Of a stretch of 64,000 bases of DNA, positions 14,740 through 28,759 are shown one piece after another. Position 1 is the first letter of the stretch. Every line of letters starts with the position of its first letter. A model generated the notes under the pieces. That model did no database searches, was not told where the DNA came from, and saw only the letters and a list, made by a program, of their open reading frames with translations. The DNA is from Lama guanicoe. Lineage: Eukaryota. The position numbers were made by a program, and so were the translations under genes. The stretch lies in the NCBI GenBank assembly GCA_013239625.1, contig MU054187.1, forward strand, positions 23,126,795 to 23,190,794, written 5' to 3'.

Positions 14740-15455
14740 NNNNNNNNNNNNNNNNNNNNNNNNNNNNNNNNNNNNNNNNNNNNNNNNNNNNNNNNNNNNN
14801 NNNNNNNNNNNNNNNNNNNNNNNNNNNNNNNNNNNNNNNNNNNNNNNNNNNNNNNNNNNNNNNNNNNNNNNNNNNNNNNNNNNNNNNNNNNNNNNNNNNN
14901 NNNNNNNNNNNNNNNNNNNNNNNNNNNNNNNNNNNNNNNNNNNNNNNNNNNNNNNNNNNNNNNNNNNNNNNNNNNNNNNNNNNNNNNNNNNNNNNNNNNN
15001 NNNNNNNNNNNNNNNNNNNNNNNNNNNNNNNNNNNNNNNNNNNNNNNNNNNNNNNNNNNNNNNNNNNNNNNNNNNNNNNNNNNNNNNNNNNNNNNNNNNN
15101 NNNNNNNNNNNNNNNNNNNNNNNNNNNNNNNNNNNNNNNNNNNNNNNNNNNNNNNNNNNNNNNNNNNNNNNNNNNNNNNNNNNNNNNNNNNNNNNNNNNN
15201 NNNNNNNNNNNNNNNNNNNNNNNNNNNNNNNNNNNNNNNNNNNNNNNNNNNNNNNNNNNNNNNNNNNNNNNNNNNNNNNNNNNNNNNNNNNNNNNNNNNN
15301 NNNNNNNNNNNNNNNNNNNNNNNNNNNNNNNNNNNNNNNNNNNNNNNNNNNNNNNNNNNNNNNNNNNNNNNNNNNNNNNNNNNNNNNNNNNNNNNNNNNN
15401 NNNNNNNNNNNNNNNNNNNNNNNNNNNNNNNNNNNNNNNNNNNNNNNNNNNNNNN
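14740..15455. other. Assembly gap (716 N)
   Basis: Run of N. Confidence 1.
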
Positions 15456-15860
15456 TTTTTTTTTTTTTTTTTACCATTTATTTTGATACTTGAACAGCAT
15501 CTCTGCCACTGGCAATGTAGGTAATAAAAATTAAATAGTCACATTATGACATTTAAGATAAACATGCAATTAAAAAAATTAACTTTTTCTTGAAGAGAGA
15601 ACAATTAAGATCTAATCTCTTAACAACTTTGTAGTTCACAATAGTTGTCCCTCAGTATCCAGGGAGGGTTGGTTCTAGGACTCCCTTGGATAACAAAATT
15701 TAATGTTGTTTATATCCCTCAAGTCCAGCCACTAGGCTTTTCTCTGCAATATTCCCCTCCCAAATATACAATATATAGCATGTACATGTATAACTGAATC
15801 TTTTTGCTGTACACTTGAAACTAACATTGTAAATCAACTACTCTTTACCAAAAAGCTTTT
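15456..15860 (+). repeat. Copy 2 of duplicated block
   Basis: Matches 14251-14734 except 3 substitutions and a replaced central segment. Confidence 0.95.
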
Positions 15861-16126
15861 AAAAATGGTGTCATATTTGCTTGTAATCTACTCACATTCT
15901 CCCACATATTTCATATCACCTCTAGCTTATTTAGAACACCTAATACAATGCAAACACTATAAAAATAGTTGCAAATACAATGTAAATGCTATGTAAATAG
16001 TTGCCAACAATTGGCAAACTCAAGTTTTGTGTTTTAAACTTTATGGATTTTTTAAAAATTAATGTTTTCGATCTACAGTTGGTCAAATCCTTGCATGTGG
16101 AGCCCATGGATATGAAGGGCCAACTG
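15642..16126 (+). mobile_element. MER2/MER2B-like Tigger DNA transposon (interrupted)
   Basis: Terminal inverted repeats 'tagttgtccctcagtatcc' and 'ggatatgaagggccaactg' followed by TA; internal 'taatacaatg...atgctatgtaaatagttg'. Confidence 0.8.
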
Positions 16127-16283
16127 TACAATATTGTTGACTATAATCACTATGCTGTGCATTAACTCTCCAGGATGTATTTATCTACTAGTTCTAACTT
16201 TGTGCCCTTAAACAATATATCCCCAATAACATTATTATCTGAAGATATTTAAGGTATGTGTTGGACTCGTTTACCAGTCAGTG

Positions 16284-16823
16284 TGAGACAGGAGGGGAGG
16301 GGGCAGGGCACAGTCATTAAAGGAATGACACAGCGATTGGCACCAAGATGGTAAAGAATTCAACTCCCCAGTACACCTTGAGGCCCAAGATGGCAGGAGA
16401 TTTGATTTCCAGCAGACCTTAAGCTTAATTATACACTCGCTGTAATATATGAGCATGGTGAATGTCACTCCCACAGGCACCAGGACAGTTTTGAGGCTGC
16501 TCATAAAGGTCAAAAAGAAGGTAAGGTGGTGGCCCAGTTCCTGGGATTCTCTGCCGCCTCCCCAGAGTAGTTGGAATAACCGTCCCCTTTGTTGGCACAT
16601 GGAACAACCAAGCCCATGAAAACTAACAGTGCTGGCCTCCTGGCTTCTTGCTCCCCCACCTTCAGAGACAGCCAGCACTGTGTCCGTGGCGTGTGTACCT
16701 GCTTTTATTTTAAACTAAACACCCACCCCCATGGCTTCTCTGGCCTTCTGGGAAGGCCTGCCCTTTGTGCATGGAGTATGTATCTTTCTGAATAAATCTA
16801 TTTTTACTCAAATATGGCTCGCT
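16284..16823 (+). mobile_element. ERV1-class LTR, 3'-truncated
   Basis: Starts tgagacagg; aataaa at 16791; LTR-like sequence stops abruptly at 'ggctcgctc'. Confidence 0.7.
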
Positions 16824-18003
16824 CAAGTCCAGCCACTAGGCTTTTCTCTGCAATATTCCCCTCCCAAATATTCTTATTCCCCATTCATTCCTTCCCCAGG
16901 TATAGTCATAGCAGGAAGCACTCTGGAGTAGGAACTGATTACCCTGATTCAGGTAGGATTTCCTCCTCCTCTCCTTTCATAATCCCACTATCTCCTATCA
17001 TACTCATTACCTTTAGGATGTGGTAAAGAATCCATCTTCTGCAGTTAAGTAAGGTGTGCAGCCCTTAATTGTTGCACATGCCTTGTTTTGAGCAGACATG
17101 CCCCTTCAAGACTTACATGTTTATATTCCTGCTGTCTCTTTGCTTTTAAACATGCCAGCTTGAACTGGAGATTGTTTCTGTCTTATAATATCTCAAGGAA
17201 GGTTACTAAAAATTGGTTTAACTCTTTCCTCCCTGGTTTTCATGATGAATGGTGCTTCTTGTATAACTCCTGCACCGTCCCTCCAAAAACAGATGCAATA
17301 AGCAACCACCATTGATCCGTTTTTCTCATTGGGATTGCTTTAATATCTTAAGTTTAGGAGATTGGTTTTCCCCTCCTTCCCTGTCCACATTAACCTGTGG
17401 AAAATAGTGACTAGGTAACGTTCCTACAAACTCAAACTCCTTTTCAGGTAGGTAATTCCAGGGTCAACAGTGAGGCACAAAGAATTAGCAAACCTGGTCT
17501 AGCTGTTACACTTAGCTGTGTCCTGTTACCAGGTCTTAATAAGAAGCAAAGGTACTATTTTTTTTTTTTTATCTAATGACTATCTTGTATTGTCTCACAT
17601 TTGATTCAGAACTTAGGCAGGAAAGAGAAGTGGTGTTTACTTGACTCCCTCAACTACCAATATTCAAAGGAAAATTGGGGTAATATTTAAGCAACTTTAC
17701 TGAGGGTTTGGGATGTCAGTTTCTCTAGCTCAACTAATAGGTACTGATCATTCTCGCCTCCCCGGAAATCTCTCTCAATATAGACAGAAAATTTATTCAA
17801 ATTATGGGTATTATTTAAAGTAAGGGAACAATATTTCCTTTATTCTCAAAGAGAACTCACATTTTCTGTTTGGGAGTGGAAAAAAAGGAAAATATTTTCA
17901 ATGTTGGGGGTATTTTTTAATCCATTTCATTCTGAGTGGTTATAAATATTTTGCTTCTATTTTCACCAAAGTTCCTTTTACTTATCTAATGCGTTGGTGG
18001 AAG

Positions 18004-18608
18004 TGTTAGAGCAGGCAGATAGCTAGATCTGAGCAGAGAAAGGGGGCACAGGCCAAATGGCAGGAAACCACAAATCATGTGAATGATGGGGGGATCCTTA
18101 GGCAGACAAAGAAAAGCAGGAACCTCCAGACTGGTAGGAAACCACATTTTGGGTGACAAATGTCCTGGAGGCAGACAAAGAGATGTGAGAAAAGGTGAGA
18201 ATCTCTGCCATCTGAATGTGACCTTTTGCTCATTATGCCTCATCACAATAAAATTAGCCTTGCAGATAGGAAGTACCCACTGTGCACCAACACCATGAGA
18301 CTTCAGATCAAAACTAAATAAGGACAAAAATCCCTCCTTCTCTCAGGAAGGTGGAGCTAGGATAAAAATCAAGGAAATACAACCCCAAACCCTTCCCTCC
18401 CCAGTGAATATTCCACCCATTCATTTTTACACTCCATATAACCAACCAGCTTGCCAAAGAAAATCAGCACAGCTACTTACCTGAGTCTGCCTGCTCGCTC
18501 CTTGAAAGTGTATTATTACTTCATTAGTATTCATTTTACTTTCTTGTCCTCCATGTCTTCTCTCTGAATTCTTTCTCTGATGAGACAAGAATTTACTCTG
18601 TGGTAACA
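18004..18608 (+). mobile_element. ERV1-class solo LTR
   Basis: Inverted termini TGTTA...TAACA; 4-bp TSD GAAG at 18000-18003 and 18609-18612; U5-like 'tgaattctttctctgatgagacaagaa'. Confidence 0.9.
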
Positions 18609-20989
18609 GAAGATTGGATGGAAATAAGTAGGTGGACAAATGGAAATGGAGAAACCATAACATTATAACAAGAGTGTCCTTTCTTATGCCAAAAATTACA
18701 ATCTAACTTCTTCATTTCTCCCTCTGAGTCCTATTTTGGTGACATGAGGCTAATTCATGCATGAGTATAATCATTTTCCTTTTATTAAAATGGATATAGC
18801 ACTGGATCCATGCATCAATTTTATCTATAATCATAACTTCAAAGAAAATTGGAGAACAAAGTCAATTATTCAAATAATCTAGAATCACATTTTTATATTC
18901 AGCATCAAGATAATCGACAAAAGCATTGCAGACCTCAATTACCTCAGAACTTACTTTGATTCTCCTCCTCATCTGGAATGAGGCATTTTGATATGGCTTT
19001 GCATTTAAGCCACTTTATTTTCATTCTTTTATTATTACTTAAAATATATTTTATAATTATTTTGTATCTTTTTTTGTGAATATGCCATCATCTTTTGTAA
19101 ATATTTTTGTCTTCTGTGCTTCCAAAATTCAAAATGAGTATATAAACAATAAGTTGACTTGCAAGAAATTTCAGATTTTTAAATGCATTTATTTTTTTCT
19201 TTCTTAAGATTTTCTGCAATTATATAGAATCACTATTCTGATGGTTTTTCTCAAGTTTCTCTTTTTCTGCTATCCCATATCTACCAAGCTGAGGCAAGAC
19301 AGTAGAGAAGCCCTGGGAAATAATCCACAGAGAAGCTTTCAGGCAAGGAGAAAGAACATAAAATCCTCAGAGAAAACAGGACTTCCAACAGGATTCGATC
19401 TTTATGAATCAGTCAACAGGGGTGAGAAATCAGAAAGAAAAAAATTTTTTTTTTTGCCATATTTGAAAATCTCATTTCAAGTACTTCTTATTACCAAATG
19501 AACAGAAAGGAAATGACTTTAAAATAAATACCACCCAACAGAAAGAAGTGATGGGGAAGTATCTTCCTTTGAGGGTAAACATACACAGAATGTACACAAT
19601 TTTGCAGGGAAGTAATTACTTTCAATTCTGCTTCTGGGTCTGACACCAGCTCTCCCCCACTGACACTAAATCGCAGTAGTGATGGCAGCAGGCAATACTG
19701 AAAATAGCTCTGCTCCAAAATTTCTTTTTCTTTGAATGTGTGACACAGAGAAGCACTGGAAAGTCTGGTGGGTGTCTGGATCGTCTCTACATCTAACGCA
19801 TCACTACTTTGTTAGAACCAGTGGCGAATGCAACCAAAGAACTTGGCAAGTCTGTCTCTGTCTGGCCTGAGCAGAAAGATACCTGGGGACAGTTAGTGAG
19901 AAAGAGCCACAAGACTGGGTAGAAGGAATCATATTCCCTCCAGCTGTTCACATATTATAAACAGTCTGAGCAATTGTTTAAACAATAATGAAAAAAATCT
20001 CTCCTTAGCAACATTCCAGTTTTTTTTAAAATAAATATCAAATAGAATCCTACTTTAAATAATAATATATTTTTTCTATTGTTTTCCTTTGAATCTGCCT
20101 ATACTGGAAAATGCTGTTTCATTTTTGTGATTCATAAAAAACTGCTTTACTTTTTTCCTGCATTAAAAGTTCACAAGTGACACTATAACTGTGTATAGGA
20201 TTTCAAATGTTGTCACCTCAGTGAACTGGACATGCCTTAAGAAAATATTTCAATCTGCCATGATAGCCATCCCAGAACCTGAGATAAAGAAGACAATACT
20301 GCTGCTACTACTGGTGCTTAATATGCTATATTTTTTATTTATCCCTTGTTTTTGATTTGTTTGATTGTGTTCTGAGGCCTTTAGGGGAAGCCGAACTCTT
20401 CAACAAAGCGCTGACTTTGTTTCAGCTGCGTGGTTCTCTAAAAGACTCAGTTATCCATTTATTGCTTTCTGTGGAAAACAATAAAGGGTGGATAAACTAC
20501 AATGATGCAAACCTAAAATTAATAACCTTCTATCCATTTTCATGACATTAAAAAAAACCTTGTGCTTAGTGTTAATAATAAAACATCTTTGTTCAGTTGA
20601 TATAATGTAAGTCTTCTATAGGAGTATAGATCGAGGTCACTATATAAATGTTCAGATAACTTTAGGTGAGTAACAAACGCAATTGAAGGGAGATAGAATT
20701 TCAAGATTTAGGTGGGCACAAAGCAAATTCCTAAGACAAATGCAACAATTTAACTGAATGTTTGAAAGCTGGCAAACATTATAATATATGTAACTTCAGT
20801 ACTTTCAAATAGAGATTATTATTATTTACAATTAAAAGTTTCAAAACCTATTTCTCAGAGGATGTAGATGTAGAAATGACCACAAAGTAAATCTAAGTAT
20901 ATGAGTGAACTGAAGAAACCCTCTATGAGAAAGAGTCGACAGTTTCTGCACCCTTTTATCAACATTTCATTTTGCCTAGCCATCGTTTC

Positions 20990-21553
20990 CCATTTCTGCT
21001 TCCTAATATCACCCACTCCTCATGGAGCCCTGGTGCCATGGGAGTTGGCAGCTCCCAACCCAGAGGAGAGATCCTCATCCATCTGAGCTACTCATGCGAG
21101 GCTCGTTTCCCTTACCTATGACTGGTTTAGAATTGAGTGCGGACTCCAATTGTGGCCAGTGAGGCAGGAGGACATTTCTTCCTGGAGTCTTTGAAAGTAC
21201 ATTTATCTCCAAAAAAAAATGAAGAGAAATCAGATTTTCTTCTTGTTTTGGAAACTGTTGTCCTGGGAAGTGGTGTCAAGGACTGCTACTGAAGCTATTT
21301 TGTAACTCAGAAGAATGAGTATGAAGGGCCAATATTTAACATTTTAAGGTTGACAGAGTAGAGAGAGGAGGAAAACCATCTGGATTCTCAATGGTATTAA
21401 TACATTTCAGATTAGACCAGGGCAACAGCCCGCCTTAATTCTGACTTTCTTCAGTGAGATAAATAGAGATGACGATGGTGGTGATCATACTGTTCAAGAC
21501 AACTTAAACTGAGTTTTCTATTTCTTGTAGCCAAAATTTTCCCAAAATATACA
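20990..21553 (+). mobile_element. Old MaLR LTR (MLT1J/K-like)
   Basis: 'ccaattgtggccagtgag...gagttttctatttcttgtagccaaaa...ataca'; start approximate. Confidence 0.6.
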
Positions 21554-23117
21554 ATTTCTTATACATACCAACAAACCTTGTCTAGTGATTAACATGAAAT
21601 CAAATTAAAAGGGCTAAGAGTTCACAAAGTAAAAGGAAAAGAAGCAATACTGAGATATTCACTCATGATTGCTTGGTTATACCACAGATAACCCAATGCT
21701 CATATACTCACTCACTCATTCATACAACCTGGAAAGATTTTTTTTTATAAAAAGGTCTAATTTCAGAATCTTTTCCCAAAGCATCTAATGATGCCAAAAT
21801 AATCAGTTACTTTGATGGCATTGATTTAGCAGCATTTATGTCAAATTAGTATTTTGCAGTCCAGGCAATCAGTGGATTGATTTCATTCCAAGTGTTTTGA
21901 CATAATGAAGAGTCATCTAAGATAATCATGGAAGTTCTTTTGGGGACAAGAATTTCAGTTCTAGTCATCCAGTGAAAGGTGCATACTATCTCCCACGCAC
22001 TCTGACAAGTGCAAAATTAGAGCAGCGAATGAAACACAGACCCAACTCCAACATGCCAATGCATAATTCAAGGTGTTAGCACCAGTAACACTCACGTCTT
22101 TCTCCAAGGTATGCATAAAAGAAATGGAGTAAATTTCATACATCAACTTCAAATACAATCTGTGTTGCAAGAGCAACCATCAAAATGGAAGAATATTTTT
22201 AAACTAAATATGCTTACAGTGCAAATTTAGGGGGAACATAGAAATCAGTCAACAATGTGCTATTGTGGATTATCTAGTTCATAGCATAATTGCTAAATTT
22301 TGCTTTGTAGGTCTTTTTTTTAATATCTAATAGAATAGATGTGAAAATCTGGTTCAATCATTTGCTGTTATTAAAAATCCACTGCCAAAAAAAGCTTCTA
22401 TCTTAATGTTATCCTATAACATCTGAGGATCCATTTTGGCTCACATAATTTTAACAGGAAGAGCATGAAATGCATTTCAAAGAATGTGTCCATAGTATGT
22501 CGGAGCTAAAAATGTTAGGCTATTTGTGATGTTGTGAGGCGTTAGAATTTGAAAAAGACAGCTGATAAAGATGTAATTAAAATCTTGCCTGTTAAGGAAT
22601 CTTATGAATTATTAAAATCCAGATCCTATTATTCTTTCTTAAATTATTCTTTTCAACTCCTTGTTGCCACATGCACCATCCTCCCTCGAGTGCTAAGCAA
22701 TTACCCTTTCTAAGGTCAAAGAAGCACCTGTAGGGCCCATCTGGAAAGCTGAGATAAGGGCCTCTGGTTCAGTCAAAATAGCTGTTGAACTGAAACATTA
22801 AGATCAGGCTGGGGTGGAAGCCGTTACCTTGGGGTTCTCTGAACAGCTAAAGAGATTTATGCTAGTACACTTTGCATCAATTCTTGGACGCCTTTCTTTA
22901 TTTTTACACAGCTTTATTTTCATCTAACTTCAAAGTGTTGGCTTTGTTTTGATTTATGTGAAATGCTAGATTGGAAATTGGATACAGGTTTTTAGATTAA
23001 AAATATACTTTATGAAACATGGATTAGCTGCTTGTTAATTTCATTAAAATGTTAAATAGAAATGATTTTAATTCAAACTGCCCACACCCGAGGATTATTT
23101 TGAAGCAAACCTTCTTT

Positions 23118-23139
23118 TTATATATATATATATATATAT
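23118..23139. repeat. (TA)n microsatellite
   Basis: Direct read. Confidence 0.9.
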
Positions 23140-24554
23140 TTATTTTTTTCTGAAAAAATTTTCTAAATTTCCTTAGGAAAGTTTTGTTTCATCAATGCTT
23201 GAGTTTGAAAATAATCGTAAAAAGGCCATCAAGGGAATTTGCTAGGTTACTGCTATGATTGAGCCTTTTCTAGAACCACTGCCACAAATATTTATATCAT
23301 AAATTTGACCTAGTCTTATACCTATAGCATTGAATGTTTTCAAGGATAAGTTAAACTTTGGCTTGAGACCTGTTTCCTCAGAGAAAGTTATGTCAGCACC
23401 TTCCCTGAGGCTGGGTTCTTAGATGCTGACAATGTAGATCCTTCGCTTGGGAGGGGACGATGGAGGGGATGGAGATGGACAATGTCACAGCATAGCTTTA
23501 GCAGAAGTTTATGAAAGTAAACATTTTGCTCTAAAATACGCCTCTATCAAAGTAATTATAAATACATGAGTAACAAATGTCTGGGTTTTCTTCATGCATG
23601 GGTGTTCGCAGAAACATTTCTAAGTTATTCTCAGAGTCTTCTTAGTATGTATGAAGGTCAGTGATAAAGGGAAACCACTTGACTGCATGATATTTATTAA
23701 TAAATGTGTATACACCCTAAAGCAGAGGATTCATTATTATATCACAATTATTGCTTCTTTCCTTTGTCTAGTTTTTAATTTTTTAATTTAATTTTTAAAT
23801 TTCAAAGCCTATTGTAGTCTCTCTTAGTTGCTCTATCTAACCCAGGCCCCAAAAGACCTGAGTTTACTTATTTTAGATCATTCTAGGTAAACATCCTTAC
23901 TTCCTCATTAATGTATGCGTTTCATTCCTTCTTCTACTTCTCTATGACCTCTCCTCCAGCCCTTCTACCCCGGCCAACAATACCTTCTCTACTCAGAAGC
24001 ACGGCTTTTACATATTTCTTTGCATATGTCAGTAACACTGAGCATAGAAACTTGAAGAATGGATTTCCTCCCTAATGTGGGAGGTAAGGGAGTGGCATTG
24101 AGAGATCTTGCAGGATATGAATTCAGATTGATTTATATTTATCAACTCATTCTTCTCATTTGTCATTCTAGTAGAAAGTCAAGGAGTCTTGGTCAGGGAA
24201 AGCAAAGACTGGCAGAGTCAATTCAGCTGTCCTTACAGAGTTGAAAACATGCTGTAATCAATGTTTGAAACTGAATGTTCTCAGTACCTTCCTGACCACA
24301 AAATTGGTGCCTGTTTTTCACCCTCCCCACTGATGTTCTTTCAGAGGAAAGTGGAATAGCTGAGTCTGATGGCTTATGATGGAAGTTAGCTTGAAGGGTT
24401 ATAAAATTAGATCTTAAAGATACATACAGGGAAGAAGGAAGAAAGGAAGGAAAGGGAAAAAAGGAAGGGAGAAAATTTAATCCATTATGTTGGATGAGTT
24501 TTCTAATAGCAGATAACAATCATGTCTGTTGAATAATTACTTTATAAAAGAACA

Positions 24555-24767
24555 CAGCTAGATTTTGTGGAGTCTGAAAGTTACAAAATGTGGGGGCCCT
24601 TTTAAAGAAAACATACACAAAGTTCCAAAGATAATAAAACCAAGGCCATTCCAACACAACTCGACATGAGAACTCATATACAAAATACCCCACACAGGTG
24701 GTTGGGCTCTTCTGAGTAAGAAGCACAGACGTTTAAGCTCCAGAAGCTTCAAGGGAATCTGTCTCTG
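24555..24767 (+). mobile_element. MER53-like hAT DNA transposon
   Basis: 'ttttgtggagtctgaaagttacaaaatgtgggggcccttttaaagaaaa...agcttcaagggaatctgtctctg'. Confidence 0.55.
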
Positions 24768-27483
24768 GCTGAAAGTTGGGCTCTGCACTGAGGTTATTTA
24801 ATCCCCACATCAAAAAAAAAAAAAAGTGAGGGTAGAAACTGAGGCCTGGAAAAGTTGAAGATGTTCCCCAAGAACCAGGATGCCCACCAATCATTCATAC
24901 TCCAAAATGTGTGACTAACTCTGCTAGGTTCTTCCTGAAGATCTTATTAGTATTTGCAAGTGAATGTTATAAACACAGCACAGAAAGAAAAGGGACATCT
25001 GGTGAACACTGGTACTTTCATGAAAGCTTTAAGAAATTGTGTATATTTATTTTTATTTTTTTTCTACCAAGATTGACTTACAGTGTTTCTTAAGGGGTCA
25101 CAGTCAGACTGCACCAGACTCTGCATTACAGTGGAAATGTGTTAATAAAACCTTAAAACAATGAAATGGGACCAAGAAATGGTCCAGAGAATAATACAAT
25201 AATTATCTGAGGAATGGAGACATTTTCATATTGAGAAGAAACAAAATCCTCCATATTTATTACTTGATTCATTATTCAACATGAAAAGATGAAGAAGCTT
25301 ATAGGTAACCCAAACTTTTTAAATGTAGGATTTGATAAATGGGTAACTAGAGAAACAGAACAAAGGGGCAAGTATTAATGCTATGAAGAGATGGGTCCAG
25401 AACAAGGAAAATAAAGTGCCTCTTTACTCTTTGAAGTAGTGGGAGGTAAAATAATACAATATGTTATCCTTAGAAAGGGATTTTCCAAATGTTTTCATTG
25501 GAGGTCTAGGAATTTCAAGACATTCCTGGACACCGTCTCTCTACCTCAGACACATCTCCACCTTCATCATAGATTCTAGACACACATTTTTGGAAGAAAG
25601 TAAAGAAATAAAAACAGACTGTGTTTATGGAAGAGCCCCAGGAAACATGTGCTACAGGTACAAGTAAAGAAAGATAATAAGATGTTGGTTTTAGGGGTTT
25701 ATTGATACATGTGGAACTAACTAAAATCAAATCAACCCAAGTTTTACTTATACAAACAAACCCCGACTGGGTATGTAGGTAATGGACTAGTGGTGCTCTT
25801 AGGAAATCTGTCTTCAGATCAACCAGAATAAATAATAGTTCATGAGCAAAAAGTCCTAAGATGATGATACATGCTTTGAGTTTAAAATTTCAACAACTGG
25901 AAAACTTTGAGACGTGAAAATTCATTTTCTAATACCCATCAAGTTTGAAAGACCTCGTTCTGATTCAACTCAATGTTTTCCATCAACTACAACAATACAA
26001 ACAACTCAACAATAATGTGATTTCTTTATTTTTTTTAAAAGTGTCTGGAAGTTATATTTTGTGAGTAAAGGATACAAAAATTTTTGATTGCTCTTAAGTC
26101 TTGGTTAAGATATGAAGAAAAGACACTAAGTCATTGCCAGTCATAGTAAAAGTAGAAAGGCTGGTACACAGTATGGGGAGTGGTACAGCTCAGTAAGTGT
26201 TAACTGAATGAATAAATTAAGCAATTGATGAAATACATTAGCAGTAAAGAATGTTACTCTTGCCTTGAAATTCACTGAGAACTCATAGCAACCCTGCTAA
26301 GCACAGCTTCATAAACACTAATTCTTGAATTGCGAGCTTTCTACTATGTCACAGAATTGATTTTTAGATTGCCTTGAACAAGCCTGGAGATCCAGAGAAT
26401 TTTTTTTTTAATGCTGATTAAAGATTTAAACTTTTCAAGGGATCCATCATTTCTTTAATGTTTTCTGAATTTGTAATTCCAAATAAAATTTCAACATAAA
26501 AATACTTCTGATGTCTTAAAAGATGACAATCCCCACCATAAGATCCTTGAGTATGTGTGAGACAACCCTGCAGATCCTCATTAACGGGGCACAAAGGGAG
26601 TGTGTAAGGGCAGTGAAGGCACTAAGGAACACAAGGGGGCGCTTAGCTGGGTTAAGCAGGACAAATGCTGAGAGCATCTTTATACAAAAGACTGGTAAGG
26701 CCTGGGGATCTTAGGTTGGCAAAGAGATTCACCTCACTTTACCTTCGGATCTGTGGAGGTTGAATGCCATGAACTGATGCTCTGAATCCTGTGGTCATAA
26801 TTAATCATTATTGGGTTGAGCCTGAGTACAATGCATCCAAGGAAACTAGAACAATTTCTAAAACAGATTGCAGCCGGTGCATGGTACTGTGTTATTAAAC
26901 TATTAGCTATATATCGGTAAATTCTTGAAGTCACGGGCTTAGTCGACCCTGTGAACCCAAGAAAGAGAGAGATCAGAATACTGAACATTGCATATTATGT
27001 CTTTATTAGAATTACATTGTGTGAATGTAAATTGCCTTTTGAATTCTGTTTGGCCTGCTGAGAACTAGGTTGGGGAGTGAGAGACACTTTGCCCCCACAC
27101 ATACTGAGGTTCTTGTAACATTTAGCTTTTGGTAAAGCAAGAAAAATTAAATCACAGTGTGAGTAAAACCTCTATAGAATTTTTGTTTAAAAGTCTTTTC
27201 ATTTTTATAGAAAAAGAACCTATTTAATGCCTTATGGGTCCCACACAATAGTAGGCAGAATCCTGTAGTGAACATTATAACAACTTGTAATTGGAGATTT
27301 ATTGAGCACAGAAAACATGTTGGGCACTGCCAACTGGCAGAATTCGATGCACCTTTTGCTTAGAGGGGTTACAAAATAAGAGTAAAACACATTTTAAGAG
27401 AAAGGACCTAAATGTGCATGGTTTAGTACATCAGTTGTCCAAGTGGAAACTGTCTCTCATTTTTCCTATTGAGTTCTGTGCTG

Positions 27484-27570
27484 TTTATTTATTTATTTAT
27501 TTATTTTAATTAAAGTGTAATCAGTTTGCAATGTTGTGTTAGTTTCCAGTGTGCAGCACAGTGATTCATT

Positions 27571-27606
<36 letters not shown>

Positions 27607-27985
27607 CATACACATATATATATATATTCTTTTTCATATTCTTTTTTCAGTATAGGTTATTACAAGATATTGAATATAGTTTCCTGTGCTATGCAGTAAG
27701 ACCTTGTTGTTTATTTTATACATATAATTTAGAATCTGCAAATCTTAAACTCCCAATTTATCTATGCCCTGTCTTTTCTCCCCACAACCGTATGTTTGTT
27801 TTCTATGTCTGTGAGTCTGTTTCTGTCCTGTAAATAAGTTCATTTGTGCCACTTTTTTAGATTCTATATATTTAAGTGATATCATATGGTATTTTCTTTC
27901 TCCCTCTGGCTTACTTCACTTAGTATGACAATCGCCAGGTCCGTTCAAATTGCTGCAAATGGCATTATTTTATTCTTTTATATAC
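27484..27985 (-). mobile_element. L1 3' end fragment with internal (TA)n
   Basis: (ttta)n tail; 'ggcttacttcacttagtatgacaatc...tgctgcaaatggcattattttattc'. Confidence 0.9.
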
Positions 27986-28759
27986 TAAGAAATCAAATTA
28001 TATTTTGAATATACTATTAAACTTAATGGCATTTATTAAATAATTATGAAATAAAACTTACCTTAGTGAGTATTGACAAGGTGCCCCAGCTAAGAAATGT
28101 TAAGTACTCAGTAAAATCCATATTTAAATTAGTGCATAATTTTTTTTATTCCTTCTGTTTAGCATTATCCTTAGAAAGAACTTTTATGAACTTCAAAATT
28201 TTAAACTAGCCAATACACATAATTTTATAAATGTAATTAGTCTTACATACTTCTACTTTGTGGTTGAAAGACAAAAGTTAATTATTTATTAGAAGATTCA
28301 TGACTCAACCATTTAACCAAATTGATTATAAAACATTCTGCTGAAATATGCAAAAGTGTTCTAACCAACATGTCCATACTCAGAATATGCAGTACACTCT
28401 AGGAATGTGCATGGAAATTAAAGTCAGGTAGGGTGTAAGCAATTAATAAAAGTGAATGATTCTGTTTTTATTTAATTTCAAACATAACATTTATTATTAC
28501 AGAAATACTATATACAGAACATCATATGATACACAAGAATCCAAGCTGTGATGAAATGGCAATGTGATGAAATCAACAAAGTCTTGGAACGCAAGCAGTT
28601 AACAACTCAGTCATCCTGCAAAGAGAATACAGAGGGTGTCTGAGAATTATGGTCTTGAGGTTGGAGGATGGGAAAAAAAGATAGAGTCACCTGACGTCTT
28701 CAATACTGATATAAAGTTTAATTAGAAAAATCACTTGTTTACTTGAAAACTATATATTT

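Noticed and set aside
14619..15524. 301-aa and 252-aa ORFs
   Set aside because: Artefacts of translating through the N gap.
16824..17770. Possible ERV internal coding remnant
   Set aside because: Partial manual translation gave no recognisable gag, pol or env motif, so it is left unassigned.
26174..26195. SINE-head-like 'ggggagtggtacagctcagt'
   Set aside because: Only ~20 bp, sits in an L2-tail-like context, and has no B box or tail.
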